Assembly: GCA_965601925.1 (NCBI GenBank)
Contig: OZ271854.1
Span: 2,432,001 to 2,496,000, forward strand
Length of the DNA stretch: 64,000 nucleotides
DNA from: Alkalispirochaeta sp.
Lineage (GTDB): Bacteria; Spirochaetota; Spirochaetia; DSM-27196; Alkalispirochaetaceae
Direction of reading: 5' to 3'
Made by a program: the position numbers and the translations under genes. Positions 1-9,264 of this stretch are shown piece by piece. How positions within the stretch are numbered: the first letter of the stretch is position 1; each line of letters starts with the position of its first letter. The notes beneath the pieces are model-generated. The model ran no database searches and was not told the origin of the DNA. It saw only the letters and a list, made by a program, of their open reading frames with translations.

Positions 1-80
1 ATGAGCGCCCTCCAGGAGGAGCGGACGTCGTTACCCAGGGGTGAAACCATACCCATGCCCGTTATCACTACGCGTTTCAC
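1..80 (-). CDS. fabF: beta-ketoacyl-ACP synthase II, N-terminus only (runs off window start)
   Basis: Manual translation of the minus strand from GTG at 80 gives (M)KRVVITGMGMVSPLGNDVRSSWRAL, the typical FabF N-terminus. GTGA overlap with the TetR stop codon. Absent from the ORF track because it is truncated. Confidence 0.85.
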   Translation of the reverse strand, partial: MKRVVITGMGMVSPLGNDVRSSWRAL

Positions 81-655
81 CGTGCGCCTCCCGCTGCGGC
101 GCGGAGAATTGCTTCACTGAGATTCGGCGACATTACCGTCGCCCGAGAGAGCTGCAGCGCTCCAATCGCCAAAGCAAACACCCGCACCGCCTCCTCGAAA
201 CCGGCCTGTTCATCCTCCGGGTCGATCTTCGCCGCCATGGCGCGCAGCGTATCATCGATTTCCGCGAGTGCGACCTTCTGTAGCTCCGCGTCGGATCGAG
301 GTACGTCGCAGAGAATCGCCGCGGTGGGACAGCCCCCCTCGATATCATCGCGATGGTCCGGTGCCAGATACGCTTTGAGAAAGGCGGTGACGAAGTTCCG
401 CCCCTCGCGGCCGGCCGTACTGTCGGCGATAGCGCGGCGGCGTCTTCTGGAAGCTTCCAGAAAGCCGAGGCTCAGAAGATGAGCCTTGGAACGGAAGTGA
501 TTGTATAGCCCTCCGACGGTGAGCCCCGCGTCGGCGGTAATCGTTTTGAGGTCCGTTCCCGCAGGACCCTCACGTCGCAGATGGCGCGCCGCCGAGGAGA
601 TAATAGCTCGGCGGGAGAGCCTTTTTTTCTCCGTTGCCCGGGTTCGTTCGTACAT
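77..655 (-). CDS. TetR/AcrR family transcriptional regulator
   Basis: N-terminal TetR HTH (ITADAGLTVGGLYNHFRSK) and C-terminal GCP motif. Start chosen at MYERT (655); ATG 664 is possible. Confidence 0.9.
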   Translation of the reverse strand: MYERTRATEKKRLSRRAIISSAARHLRREGPAGTDLKTITADAGLTVGGLYNHFRSKAHLLSLGFLEASRRRRRAIADSTAGREGRNFVTAFLKAYLAPDHRDDIEGGCPTAAILCDVPRSDAELQKVALAEIDDTLRAMAAKIDPEDEQAGFEEAVRVFALAIGALQLSRATVMSPNLSEAILRAAAGGAR

Positions 656-681
656 TACGATCATAATATTATTATCGTAAT
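654..681. promoter_or_regulatory. AT-rich 28-bp palindrome, probable TetR autoregulatory operator
   Basis: ATTACGATCATAATATTATTATCGTAAT is self-complementary except for one base pair and overlaps the TetR start. Confidence 0.7.
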
Positions 682-697
682 ATTTTATCAAGCGTAG

Positions 698-813
698 GAT
701 TGCAATCGGCTGGAGGGGGGAACCGATCGCGTGGCGATCGGCTGGAGGGGGAAACCGATTGCGGAGCAATCGGTTGGGGGGAGGTTCGCCGATCGCATGG
801 CGATCGGCTGGGG
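698..813. repeat. tandem array of ~32-bp hairpin units separated by G-tracts
   Basis: CCGATCGC-gtg-GCGATCGG (723-741), AACCGATTGC-gga-GCAATCGGTT (753-775), GCCGATCGC-atg-GCGATCGGC (788-808) and a truncated GATTGCAATC (698-707), each followed by a TGG(A)GGGG-like run. Confidence 0.8.
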
Positions 814-848
814 TGACACGGGTCTGCTACCGGGGATATGCTCGGCCG

Positions 849-1892
849 ATGATACAGCCTCTACAGTCAGACGCCGGTGATTCGGCATCGACCGTTCGCA
901 CGTTCGACCTCCTGGCGCCCCACGCCGTGCTGAACGCGGTCGAGTCGGCCTTCGGCGTGCGGCTCGACGGCACGCTTACCGTCTATCCGAGTTACGTCAA
1001 CCGCGTGTATGAGGTGCGGGACGACGACGGAAACGCCTACATCGCCAAGTTTTATCGACCCGGACGGTGGAATCTCGATGCGGTTATCGACGAACATCGA
1101 TTCGTTCGCGACTGCGCCGCCGCGGAGGTACCCGTCGTTGCACCGATCGCCGGTGATGATGATCAAACGGTCTTTTCGACCTCCGTACACGAAGAAGAAC
1201 GGGAGGAGACGTATCTCTTTGCCATGTATCCCAAGCGAGGCGGGCGCAGTTTTGACGCCGAACGCGATGACGATTGGCTGCGACTGGGACGGCTCGTCGG
1301 GCGAACGCACTCCGTCGCTTCGGGACGCAAAGCGCGCCATCGCCTCGTATGTACCCCCGGTGAATCGACGCGAACGTTCATTGAAGAGCTTCGTCGAGCG
1401 GGGGTCGTACATCCCGACCATCGCGACGACTTTTTGGACAGTGCCGAGGGGGCGGTGAACCTCATCACACCGCTGTTTGACGGCGTATCGTTGAACCGAA
1501 TCCACGGCGATTGCCATCGCGGTAATATATTGGATAGACCGGGCGAGGGGCTGTTGCTGATCGACTTCGACGACATGATGGTAGGACCCGCGGTCCACGA
1601 CGTGTGGCTCCTACTTCCCGACCGCGCGTACGCCTGCCGGCGCGAGTTGGAGCTCCTCATCGGCGGGTACGAGGAGTTTCTCCCCTTCGACCGCACGACG
1701 CTACGCCTTATTGAGCCGCTGCGTCTTATGCGTATGATCTACTATCTCGCGTGGTCGGCGCGGCAACGAGAGGATCACCGATTTCGCGAGTCCTTTCCCG
1801 ATTGGGGCAACGAGGCGTTTTGGATCAAAGAGCTGGAGGATTTGCGCACTCAGTTGAGCGTGATCCGGGAGGACCTGCGGGACGTTCCGTAG
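849..1892 (+). CDS. srkA: stress response serine/threonine protein kinase SrkA/RdoA (YihE)
   Basis: SYVNRVY, IAKFYRPGRW, IHGDCHRGN, IDFDD, LRLMRMIYYLAW and FPDW motifs. Start uncertain. Confidence 0.9.
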   Translation: MIQPLQSDAGDSASTVRTFDLLAPHAVLNAVESAFGVRLDGTLTVYPSYVNRVYEVRDDDGNAYIAKFYRPGRWNLDAVIDEHRFVRDCAAAEVPVVAPIAGDDDQTVFSTSVHEEEREETYLFAMYPKRGGRSFDAERDDDWLRLGRLVGRTHSVASGRKARHRLVCTPGESTRTFIEELRRAGVVHPDHRDDFLDSAEGAVNLITPLFDGVSLNRIHGDCHRGNILDRPGEGLLLIDFDDMMVGPAVHDVWLLLPDRAYACRRELELLIGGYEEFLPFDRTTLRLIEPLRLMRMIYYLAWSARQREDHRFRESFPDWGNEAFWIKELEDLRTQLSVIREDLRDVP

Positions 1893-1897
1893 CGTAC

Positions 1898-2710
1898 ATG
1901 TCAGCCGTGTTTATCGTCTCGACCGACCTTACCGATGCAGTTGAGTTATTGTCCGAGGATGTCCGTTCGCACGTCGTAACGCTCAAGATGCTAACCCTGT
2001 ACCGTGATGCGTGCTCCGTCACGGTGTATCGCGGGGTCGATGGATGGGCGATCCGCACCGAGTTGGTCGTCGTTCAATCGCCGTGGGACCGGAGGAACTA
2101 TCCAGATGCGGCGAAGGTCGTGATGATCGACGGAACCGATGCGACGATTATGCGACGCGCCGTCGATGACGTCCCAAGGACTTCGGTAGTGTTCAAAATA
2201 CGCGACCGGGACCTGATGCGCTTTTTGGACGCCGCACCGCAATGTCGTTGGATACAGTCCTTTGTGTCGTACACAACTCCCGACACGTTCCGGACCGTCC
2301 CGTCGACTCTTTCGGGCGAGGTGGAGCGTCATCGCGAGTACCGACACGAGGCGGCACCGCATTTCGCCGCCAACTACTACTCTGAAGCGGAGATTCGCGA
2401 GCACCTCCTTAGGGGCGCCGTGTGGTTCGGCGCCCGGCGCGACGGAACGCTCGCCGCCGTGTGCATCGCGTTTCCCAATTACGGCGACGTCTGGGAGATC
2501 GGTGGCGTATACACGGCGACCGAGTATAGAAGGCGCGGTCTGGCGCGCACACTCGTCCTCAACGCCGTCCACGACCTGGTACGCGACGGTAAGCGACCCC
2601 GTTATCAGTTCCGCCACGATAATGCGCCGTCGCGCACCCTCGCGGAGTCGGTGGGTCTCGTTCCGGCCTTCACGGTGGCGCATTACTTGTCGTGCCGGAA
2701 GGACCGGTAG
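1898..2710 (+). CDS. GNAT family N-acetyltransferase (C-terminal FR47-like domain)
   Basis: EIGGVYTATEYRRRGLA acetyl-CoA motif and NAPSRTLAESVG; starts 5 nt after srkA. Confidence 0.8.
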   Translation: MSAVFIVSTDLTDAVELLSEDVRSHVVTLKMLTLYRDACSVTVYRGVDGWAIRTELVVVQSPWDRRNYPDAAKVVMIDGTDATIMRRAVDDVPRTSVVFKIRDRDLMRFLDAAPQCRWIQSFVSYTTPDTFRTVPSTLSGEVERHREYRHEAAPHFAANYYSEAEIREHLLRGAVWFGARRDGTLAAVCIAFPNYGDVWEIGGVYTATEYRRRGLARTLVLNAVHDLVRDGKRPRYQFRHDNAPSRTLAESVGLVPAFTVAHYLSCRKDR

Positions 2711-2784
2711 TACGATCGTCGGTGCACTCGCCGACGGCTCATTCCCTCCCGATGCGGCGTTCCGCCGGCGCCGCATGTGTCTTT

Positions 2785-3885
2785 TTAACGAACAAACGAC
2801 GGATATACGTGAAGCTCACCCCGGATCACGGACTCAAGGATCGCCTCGGAAGTAGTACTCGCATAGAACAGCTCGCGTCCCCGTCCGCGATCTATGGCGT
2901 TTGAGAGGGCGACCACGAGTATATCTTGTCCGTGGTGGTAGTAGAGCGCGGAGTTATTGGAATCGGTCGCGCCGTCGTGGCCGGTCACGGTTTCGCCGTC
3001 GGACCGGGACCACACGACCCATCCGTAGCCCGACCACGAGTCGTTTGAACCTTCCTGAACGTAGGGCTCGAACATGCGCCGTGCGGTCTCGCGCCGCAGT
3101 ACCGTGTCCCCTTCTAAAGCGAGCCTCCATCTCATAAGGTCATCGACGGTCGAGACGACACCGCCGAAGCCCAAGATGCCCCAGTATGGTCCGGGGCGCG
3201 AGGCAACCGGCCCGACATCTCGACCGTTTGAATATCCGTTGGCGACCGGACGGCTTTTCCACATCTCGTCATTGTAGAAGCCCGTGTCCACCATGCCCGC
3301 CGGTTCAAAGAGAAATCGCGTCAGGTATTCGGTGAACGCAATCCCTGAGGCGACCTCCACGATCGCCGCGGCAAGCCCGTATCCGGTGTCGGAGTATCGA
3401 TAGCGTCGACCCGGCGTTCCCACCAGGGGCGCGCCCATCGCGAGCGCAACCGCTTCGTCTCGTGCCGTTTCTACAAAATCCCCGTCATATACGTACTGGG
3501 GCAACGCTGCCGTGTGCGTGAGCAGTTGATGAATCGTGATCGCCCGCTTGTCCTCGGGAACGTCCTCGAAATACACCGGCAGCGTATCGTCCAAACTCAA
3601 AAGCCCGCGCTCCTCCAAGTGTAGAATCGCCGCAGCGGTGAACTGCTTCGATAGCGACCCGAGATCGAACACCGTATCGACGGTATTAGGTATCGCCGAC
3701 TCGCGGTCCGCAAAACCGTGAGCCGACCGGTGAACGACGCGTCCGTCCCGAGCGACCAATACGGCGCCGGAAAACCCGTGACCGCCGAGCGTCGACATGT
3801 ACGCGCCCAGGTCCTCCGCCGGGGGAATGGTCGCGCACGACGCGACGGCACACATCGTCGTAACAAGCATGAACCGGATCTTCAT
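2785..3885 (-). CDS. serine hydrolase, beta-lactamase/AmpC-like, probable lipoprotein
   Basis: SxxK (GSLSKQF), LLTHT, YSDTGY and GHDG motifs; signal peptide ending VASC. Confidence 0.88.
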   Translation of the reverse strand: MKIRFMLVTTMCAVASCATIPPAEDLGAYMSTLGGHGFSGAVLVARDGRVVHRSAHGFADRESAIPNTVDTVFDLGSLSKQFTAAAILHLEERGLLSLDDTLPVYFEDVPEDKRAITIHQLLTHTAALPQYVYDGDFVETARDEAVALAMGAPLVGTPGRRYRYSDTGYGLAAAIVEVASGIAFTEYLTRFLFEPAGMVDTGFYNDEMWKSRPVANGYSNGRDVGPVASRPGPYWGILGFGGVVSTVDDLMRWRLALEGDTVLRRETARRMFEPYVQEGSNDSWSGYGWVVWSRSDGETVTGHDGATDSNNSALYYHHGQDILVVALSNAIDRGRGRELFYASTTSEAILESVIRGELHVYPSFVR

Positions 3886-3951
3886 AGCAGCCCTCCACAT
3901 CACGATAGTGATCCCAAGGGTACGATCTATCCCGACACGAGTCGTCCCGGC

Positions 3952-5025
3952 CTATCGGGGAGGACCTTTTTGTTCCAAAGAGCGGAGAAACTCGCGCGGT
4001 GTCTTCCCTTCGAAGCGTTTGAACGCCTCGTTAAACGCCGATTTGGACCGAAACCCGCACTCGTGGGCCAGTGCCAAAATGGTCATATGAGTAAGATCGC
4101 CCTCCCCGGCACGCCGTTTGAAATGGTCGATACGACGCGATGTGATGTAGCCTCTCAACCCCGCGTTCGTCGTCTGGTTGATCGCCTGGGAGAGCACATT
4201 CGTTCCGGTATCGAGTCGTTCGGCAAGTGCAGGTAGCGTGAGCTGTGGATCGAGATAGGGCCGGTCCTCGTCCATTAATTGCTCAAGCGCTTTCAAAATA
4301 CGCTCCGCTTCCCCACGGCTCAACCCCGACCGGGCATATTTTCGCTCCCCCGCGGCTCGCCCGCTTCCAACCCAGCCCGCCGCGAGGACCAACACCGCGG
4401 CGCCGACCCGAACATACGGCTCGTACGTCGGCCCGTCGGTGACGTTCGTACCGATAGGCACCAATGTCATAAGTGCCGATACCCCGAACAGGGAGAACAG
4501 CGCCGTATGCCACAACGCGGGCGGACGTCTCGACGACAAGGTGGCGCGGGCCACCCATAACGACGCTCCTACGACGGCGATCGCGAAAATCAACACCACC
4601 GCAGGCGGTGCCGTGATGTGCCCTGGACCGAGTCGTACGTCGACATCACCGGGAATGAGATACCACGGCGGGGCCATGGAGATGCTGAGCGCGACAACGG
4701 CGATACTGTGAGCGGTCTCCCATCCTCGGTTATGGTAGACGCGAGCGGCCTGGAGTGCCAGAACGGCGTGTACCCCGTGCACGTACAGGTACAGCGGCCC
4801 CATACCGGCGAAGGTACTCGACCCCGACGCTGTGGCGATGAAGGTCATGAGGTGTGCGACGGCGACGATCATCCACGACGACACGACGGCCTGAATGACG
4901 CGATGACGCCCGGCGACGACGAACGCGACGGCGCTGAGGCAACATAGGAGTGCAAGCAAAACGTGTGGGACACGCACGGCTGTAGAAGATACCAAACAAC
5001 GAGGGAGGAGGCGTACCGTCGACAC
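3952..5025 (-). CDS. membrane-anchored AraC family transcriptional regulator
   Basis: About six hydrophobic segments, then PYLDPQLTLPALA...LSQAIN...GFRSKSAFNEAFKRFEGKTP AraC HTH. Start uncertain; the ORF-track extension overlaps ridA. Confidence 0.8.
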   Translation of the reverse strand: MSTVRLLPRCLVSSTAVRVPHVLLALLCCLSAVAFVVAGRHRVIQAVVSSWMIVAVAHLMTFIATASGSSTFAGMGPLYLYVHGVHAVLALQAARVYHNRGWETAHSIAVVALSISMAPPWYLIPGDVDVRLGPGHITAPPAVVLIFAIAVVGASLWVARATLSSRRPPALWHTALFSLFGVSALMTLVPIGTNVTDGPTYEPYVRVGAAVLVLAAGWVGSGRAAGERKYARSGLSRGEAERILKALEQLMDEDRPYLDPQLTLPALAERLDTGTNVLSQAINQTTNAGLRGYITSRRIDHFKRRAGEGDLTHMTILALAHECGFRSKSAFNEAFKRFEGKTPREFLRSLEQKGPPR

Positions 5026-5218
5026 CTCGACCGCGCCGTGCGGAGCGCTTGCCGCAACGCTCCCGATCCGTGTCGCCGTCGGCGGCACACTCGTCGCTGA
5101 ACGCCCCTCCGGCTCAGATTCCCAAAAAAGGGTTTGTGCAGACGGACCGTCGCGTTCGAGACCTGCCTGTAGATGAGGCTTTATGGACTCGGCAACGGTC
5201 CGAGATAAAATAGTTCCG

Positions 5219-5617
5219 CTATGGTGTGCGTCGGGCGACCACTTCGATCTCGACCAATGTATCCTGGGTGGCCAAGGACGCGACACCGATTCCCGTGACG
5301 GCCGGGATGGAGGTGCCAAAGAACTCGGCGAGTACCGGCGAGATCTCCTCCATATGGTCCGCCAGCTCTCCACGAGCGTACACGCGGACATGCACGACGT
5401 GCTCTATCGACGAACCCGCGGCGGCCAACGCTGTGGCCAGATTCCGCAAGGCATACTCGGTTTGTTCGCCGTAGGTTGCGCCGTGAACCTTCCTGTGCTC
5501 GTCCCACGCGACCTGGCCGGAGAGGAAGATCAGCCCCGATGTTTCGTCGACGGTACCTTGAGACATACCCAGCGACGTGGCGTCGAAGAGTCCCGAGGGA
5601 TTGATTCGTGTCAGCAT
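5219..5617 (-). CDS. RidA/YjgF family enamine/imine deaminase-like protein
   Basis: IFLSGQV, PAVTGIGVASL and LVEIEVVA motifs; RBS AAGGAG. Confidence 0.88.
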   Translation of the reverse strand: MLTRINPSGLFDATSLGMSQGTVDETSGLIFLSGQVAWDEHRKVHGATYGEQTEYALRNLATALAAAGSSIEHVVHVRVYARGELADHMEEISPVLAEFFGTSIPAVTGIGVASLATQDTLVEIEVVARRTP

Positions 5618-5632
5618 AGTGTCTCCTTGCAT

Positions 5633-5669
5633 TTAATTCATGTATTAAACTATTCAATAAATGAATCAA
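5633..5669. promoter_or_regulatory. imperfect AT-rich inverted repeat, probable MarR operator for the RidA-family gene
   Basis: Left arm TTAATTCATGTATTAAA matches the reverse complement of the right arm (TTGATTCATTTATTGAA) at 14/17 positions; lies between marR and the Rid gene. Confidence 0.55.
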
Positions 5670-5703
5670 ATGGCAATACGGGAGGCGACGAATATCGCTT
5701 TTT

Positions 5704-6126
5704 TTACCCCGCGTCCAGCGCGGTCGCGCCGGTCAGACACAGCATTGCCAACCGATCGGCGTCCGATCCGAGAGTACGGCGGAGCTTCCGCTCGATTTCG
5801 GCGGCGGCGTCTCTGGCAACGCGATAGCGCGCAAGGCCCTCTTGGGTCGCATGGACGATCCGAACACGACGATCGTGTGGATCCTCGGTGAGCGATAAGA
5901 GTCCTTCCGTCTCCATTTTTCGTACGAGGTAGGTCACGTTGGAGCGTACGCAGCGGCGATACCGCGCCAGATCGGACAGGCGCAGCGGTCCGTCCTCCAC
6001 CACGTGGTAGAACACGTTGAACTGCGCCTTGCTGAGGCCCGCTTCGGCCAGCCCGGGCGACAGGCGATCGTCAACGGCATCCACCAACTCTTGCACGGCA
6101 TAGATCACGGAAGTCGAAGGGTCCAT
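5704..6126 (-). CDS. MarR family transcriptional regulator
   Basis: GLSKAQF...LSDLA...SNVTYLVRKME.EGL...DRR...TQEG winged HTH. Confidence 0.9.
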   Translation of the reverse strand: MDPSTSVIYAVQELVDAVDDRLSPGLAEAGLSKAQFNVFYHVVEDGPLRLSDLARYRRCVRSNVTYLVRKMETEGLLSLTEDPHDRRVRIVHATQEGLARYRVARDAAAEIERKLRRTLGSDADRLAMLCLTGATALDAG

Positions 6127-6258
6127 ACCAAATGATAGAAAAACACCGTTCGCGCCGCAAGCCGCCGAGAAGGCCGACCCTGCGCGGTCCGGTCCGTAGG
6201 CGACATCGCGTCTTTTCGGCTGATCTCGTCTGTGCGCTTCTTCGCGCCGCTTCAGCGC

Positions 6259-7089
6259 CTACGGTTCGGCGAGTGGAGTCTTCCTCAAACACCGCTCCGT
6301 TTCTTCATCCGCCGGGAAGAGCGTCTCCACCCGTAGTTCCTGCGCCAACGGATCGGTCGGCACCGCGACGGTCGCTACCACCGAAAAGAACGCCAGATCG
6401 ACACCCCGGTAGTGCATCCGCACGGTGAAGGCCGGACGGACGACATAACGCACGTCAAACGCCCACCAGTCGGAGGGCACATCGGGAAAGCGTCGCAGGC
6501 GTATCAATCCGGCCTTTAGGTCGTCGGACGTGAGAGCCTCGCGGTGCAGCCGTTGGATCGCCTGACGGGCGTAATCCTCCCAGTTTACGATGTAGGGGCG
6601 GAGGCCCTGGGGACTGAAGGCGAGGTCGAGCATATTGACCGGCGTATCGGGGTCATCCATGGGAAACGCCGGGGCCGCCAAGGTGAGCATCTCCGCGGCC
6701 GAACGGTTCACCTCTCGCACGTTCCAGTGGCGGTCGATCGCGAAGGTCGGGTAGGGATCGTGGGCGGTCATGAGCCGCGCGACCGCGCTCCGCAACATCA
6801 TCATCTCATCCGTCGCGATCGTCCGATCAAAATAGACGTCGGCAAATCCCGCCTTACGGAATAGGTGGTTGCGCTCCCGCAACGGAACATCCAGAGCCAC
6901 ACAGAGGCGACTGACCATCTCCCGCGACGGTGTACTGCGCCCGGTCTCAAGAAAACTCACATGGCGCGGCGGTGTCTCGACGGCGTGGGCCAGTTGCTCT
7001 TGCGACATGTTGCGTGCGGCGCGCCACGACCGGAGAAGACAACCGAACTCCGAACCCTTCGGCTCGACTTTCATACGGTACCGTACCAT
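6259..7089 (-). CDS. XRE-family HTH regulator with MmyB-like ligand-binding domain
   Basis: LLRSWRAARNMSQEQLA...HVSFLETGRSTPSR, DRHWN and ELRVETLFPAD. Confidence 0.88.
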   Translation of the reverse strand: MVRYRMKVEPKGSEFGCLLRSWRAARNMSQEQLAHAVETPPRHVSFLETGRSTPSREMVSRLCVALDVPLRERNHLFRKAGFADVYFDRTIATDEMMMLRSAVARLMTAHDPYPTFAIDRHWNVREVNRSAAEMLTLAAPAFPMDDPDTPVNMLDLAFSPQGLRPYIVNWEDYARQAIQRLHREALTSDDLKAGLIRLRRFPDVPSDWWAFDVRYVVRPAFTVRMHYRGVDLAFFSVVATVAVPTDPLAQELRVETLFPADEETERCLRKTPLAEP

Positions 7090-7176
7090 GGTCGCAGTCG
7101 ACGCTCCATTCCCTGTCTGGGAATTGTTTTGCGGTGGCGAGTTGTTTACGTTCCGCCGAGGAAAGGAGCCATCGTT

Positions 7177-7983
7177 ATGCGTGTTTTTTATCTTGTCGGC
7201 TATCTACTCATCATCGTGGGTGCGGCACTGCTCACGCTCTTACTAATCTTCCTCGGGACCGGCGGCGGGATACCGGCGCTCACGTCCCGCGGCCTTGACG
7301 GCCATGGATACTACCTCTTGGGTACGATCGGATCGGTGATGCTCGGATGGGGCGTCATCCTCGTCGCCGCCGCGGCGAAAGCGGAGTTACGCGCCCCGGT
7401 CGCGTTAGGGACCGGAATCGGGTTTCTCGCACTTTCGCTGATGCGACTTGCGGTAGCGCTCGACGGCGATCCGGCGTTCGCCGACTTCGCCGTCGTGCTC
7501 CCCGGAGAGGTTGTCCTCCTTTTCGCACTGTCTATCGTGTTCCTGCGGATCGGAGTGGGGTTCTGGGGGCGTCTCGTCGACGGTTACCGGTCGCTTCGCG
7601 CGGCCCCGGTGTGGGTGCAGGTGTGGGTATGGTGCTTCCTGTTGCCGGCGAATCTGAGCGGAGTTGTCCTGTACGGACTCACCAACCACCCTTTGCCGGG
7701 GTGGATAGCCCTCGGATTCACCTTTGTGGTGCTGACGAACATGACGCTGGTGCTGTACGAACGGGGGATTTCCAAGCTTACCTCGCTGCCGCACCTCATC
7801 CCTTGGGTGCCGCTGCAAATCTACACGGGATTGTGGCTCTTTCAGTGGGGTGGGTTGTCGCCCGCAACGACCGCGTTTGCATGGTTCTATTTCATCGTCA
7901 TCGGTATATCGAACCTCTTTGACGCCTACGACACGTGGCGCTGGTTCAGCGGGGAGCGAGATATCATGACGCGGGAGGCGTAA
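7177..7983 (+). CDS. multi-pass membrane protein of unknown function
   Basis: About eight hydrophobic helices; RBS AAGGAG; divergent from the XRE/MmyB regulator. Confidence 0.7.
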   Translation: MRVFYLVGYLLIIVGAALLTLLLIFLGTGGGIPALTSRGLDGHGYYLLGTIGSVMLGWGVILVAAAAKAELRAPVALGTGIGFLALSLMRLAVALDGDPAFADFAVVLPGEVVLLFALSIVFLRIGVGFWGRLVDGYRSLRAAPVWVQVWVWCFLLPANLSGVVLYGLTNHPLPGWIALGFTFVVLTNMTLVLYERGISKLTSLPHLIPWVPLQIYTGLWLFQWGGLSPATTAFAWFYFIVIGISNLFDAYDTWRWFSGERDIMTREA

Positions 7984-8229
7984 ACAGCGATGTCGAGTCA
8001 AAGGAGCGATCGCGATGAACGCGGATACGACGGGCGGCCTTATGCGTCCGGCCGCGATCAAAGACCGCCCCGCCATCCCGCGTGTCGCACCGGGGGTGAG
8101 GCCACAGTTTTTTTGCGGACGAGCAACCGTATCGCCGCGCCTTTCCACGGAAGCATCCATCGGAGCAATCTGCGCCTCGAGATGACTTTTTCGAATATCT
8201 ATCAACCCGCTCATGCAAGGAGAACTCTC

Positions 8230-8682
8230 ATGGTTCATATCAACAACTCCGGCGCCGTCGCCGATGCACACCCCAACGCCCAGCTTGTACGCGACTTCTT
8301 CGACAGTGTGGCGGTCGGGGACATGGACACGTTTCGGTCCACTCTGACCTCGGACATTGTCTGGCACATGGTGGGGAAGAGCCCGCTTGCCGGCGACTGG
8401 AAGGGGCCTGATGGGATCTTGAATGGGATCTCGGCACTCGTCTTCCGTCTTGGCGGTGGAAAGTACAGCTCCGATCTTCTTCAGGTCTTCGCCAACGACA
8501 CCCATGCCATCTCTATCAGCCGCGATTACTACCGTGGTGAAGAAAACCCCTTTGATTTGAAGATGATGCTGTACTTCAAGATCGAAGACTCGCGCATCAC
8601 GGAAGTCTGGGAAGTCCCTTTTGACCTGTATGAGTTCGACCGGTTCTTTAGTACGCAACAGGAAAGACTCACCGCATCCTGA
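8230..8682 (+). CDS. SnoaL/NTF2-like family protein
   Basis: HPNAQLVRDFF...GD...DIVWH..G.SPLAG...G.DG and FKIEDSRITEVW; RBS AAGGAG. Confidence 0.85.
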   Translation: MVHINNSGAVADAHPNAQLVRDFFDSVAVGDMDTFRSTLTSDIVWHMVGKSPLAGDWKGPDGILNGISALVFRLGGGKYSSDLLQVFANDTHAISISRDYYRGEENPFDLKMMLYFKIEDSRITEVWEVPFDLYEFDRFFSTQQERLTAS

Positions 8683-8867
8683 ATGCAAACACGTTGTCGG
8701 CAAACTCTCTTCCCCATCAGAGAGTTAGAGCTTTTGTACACACCGGCTTCGGCTCATCCCTGTCGAAAGGGGCCACCCCGGAGGCGACTTTGCGACACAT
8801 TGATTGAAGTGTTCGCACGGAGGGATCGCTTTCGCCTCCGATGAGTGCTCATTGTGTTGAGGTATAG

Positions 8868-9071
8868 CGTGAAGCTAATCCGGGCGGGAAGGTTATTGTC
8901 CGCGATCTCACGGCCACACCGCCTCATTTTCACTCGGCCGCCATGATGATTCCGTCCAACAAACCTCGGGATCAGTACACCGCCGAGGACCACATCGCTA
9001 TGGCTGAATCGGACGGATACGCCGACGCGTTGCGCGAAGCGGACTTCAGCGTCGCGAGAGTCCCGATGTAG
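8868..9071 (+). pseudogene. possible decayed C-terminal fragment of a class I SAM methyltransferase
   Basis: Open frame REANPGGKVIVRDL...ESDGYADALREADFSVARVPM*, resembling the LKPGG-x-hhh-D and Y-x2-hL-x2-AGF motifs. An in-frame TAG at 8865 precedes it. Confidence 0.3.
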
Positions 9072-9264
9072 TATTTCACGGTGCCTTCGGCATGTTAGGC
9101 CCGGATTGATCAAATCGTGGTTGCCCGACAACTCTATGGCGGCGGCACGGCCGGTTACGCCCGGGGTGACGCCGTCGCGGCGCCTCGCGCACGCGTATCG
9201 ACCGTCGCCCGCTGTCGACGCGGTTCGTAGACAGGCATGCCCTGCAAGGCGGTACCGTAGCCGA

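Noticed and set aside
698..813. CRISPR array
   Set aside because: Linkers are only ~11-13 nt and similar to one another, and no cas genes are present.
2785..3885. true beta-lactamase resistance gene
   Set aside because: SxxK serine hydrolases of this type are mostly esterases or peptidases; resistance cannot be inferred from the motifs.
7405..8703. 432-aa minus-strand ORF
   Set aside because: Shadow spanning two plus-strand genes that have better motif and RBS support.
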